Positions 25,873 through 25,980 of a stretch of DNA of 25,980 bases are shown piece after piece; positions within the stretch are counted from its first letter, which is position 1, and each line of letters begins with the position of its first letter. The translations under genes and the position numbers were made by a program. Origin of the DNA: an uncultured Ignavibacteriales bacterium. GTDB lineage: Bacteria; Zixibacteria; MSB-5A5; GN15; FEB-12. The DNA is taken from assembly GCA_964464605.1 (NCBI GenBank), contig CAYXJN010000006.1, positions 186,001 to 211,980 of the forward strand. The letters run 5' to 3'. The notes below the pieces were generated by a model. The model worked only from the letters and a program-made list of their open reading frames with translations. It was not told the origin of the DNA and did no database searches.

Positions 25873-25980
25873 ATGAGAAGCATTTTTCTTCTGATTAGTC
25901 TTATTGCTGTTGTAGTAGCCGGCTGCATCGAGCAGCGGGAAGTCGCCACCCGCAAAGAGCGGGAACATTTGGCGACGAAT
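25873..25980 (+). CDS. Putative lipoprotein, 3'-truncated (not in the ORF track)
   Basis: MRSIFLLISLIAVVVAG-CIEQREVATRKEREHLATN: hydrophobic signal with lipobox VAGC; frame open to the window end. Confidence 0.7.
   Translation, partial: MRSIFLLISLIAVVVAGCIEQREVATRKEREHLATN

Noticed and set aside
68..25968. Numerous short overlapping ORFs in the track (e.g. 903-1364, 5474-5872, 19962-20438, 21880-22207)
   Set aside because: Shadow frames of well-supported genes, with no motifs or RBS.
1..25980. Alternative genetic code for the host
   Set aside because: TGA ends several conserved genes at sensible positions (4038, 4817, 6874, 15355, 24130).
1..25980. CRISPR array, rRNA or transposase
   Set aside because: No regularly spaced direct repeats, rRNA-like sequence or transposase motifs seen.

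Overview
Bacterial chromosomal window, about 50% GC by eye, standard genetic code (TGA terminates several genes). Gene content suggests a diderm of the FCB superphylum such as Zixibacteria or a relative; this is inference from the T9SS-CTD-like secreted proteins and the kinase-TPR architecture. Housekeeping genes: M42, M20 and M29 peptidases, cysS, tRNA-Thr(TGT), ABC-2 exporter, rubrerythrin-like protein, EamA, MFS, purE/purK, Tat-exported Mn/Fe-SOD and bacilliredoxin. Most notable observations: (1) An AT-rich islet next to tRNA-Thr carries a minus-strand gene with a HEPN-like RxxxxH motif. Its likely start (strong SD, ATG 2909, MTTTT...) lies 40 codons upstream of the called ORF, is interrupted by a single in-frame TGA, and the 3' end runs antisense into the tRNA. 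(2) A tandem pair of ~860-aa paralogous secreted proteins with T9SS-like C-termini. (3) Roughly 5-fold enrichment of the Bacteroidota O-glycosylation sequon D(S/T)(A/I/L/V/M/T) in exported domains. (4) A coupled FHA-GAF-PP2C phosphatase and membrane Ser/Thr kinase-TPR pair. (5) A catalytically degenerate SGNH protein. (6) An orphan cheW with a sigma28-like promoter, and several apparently leaderless promoters.
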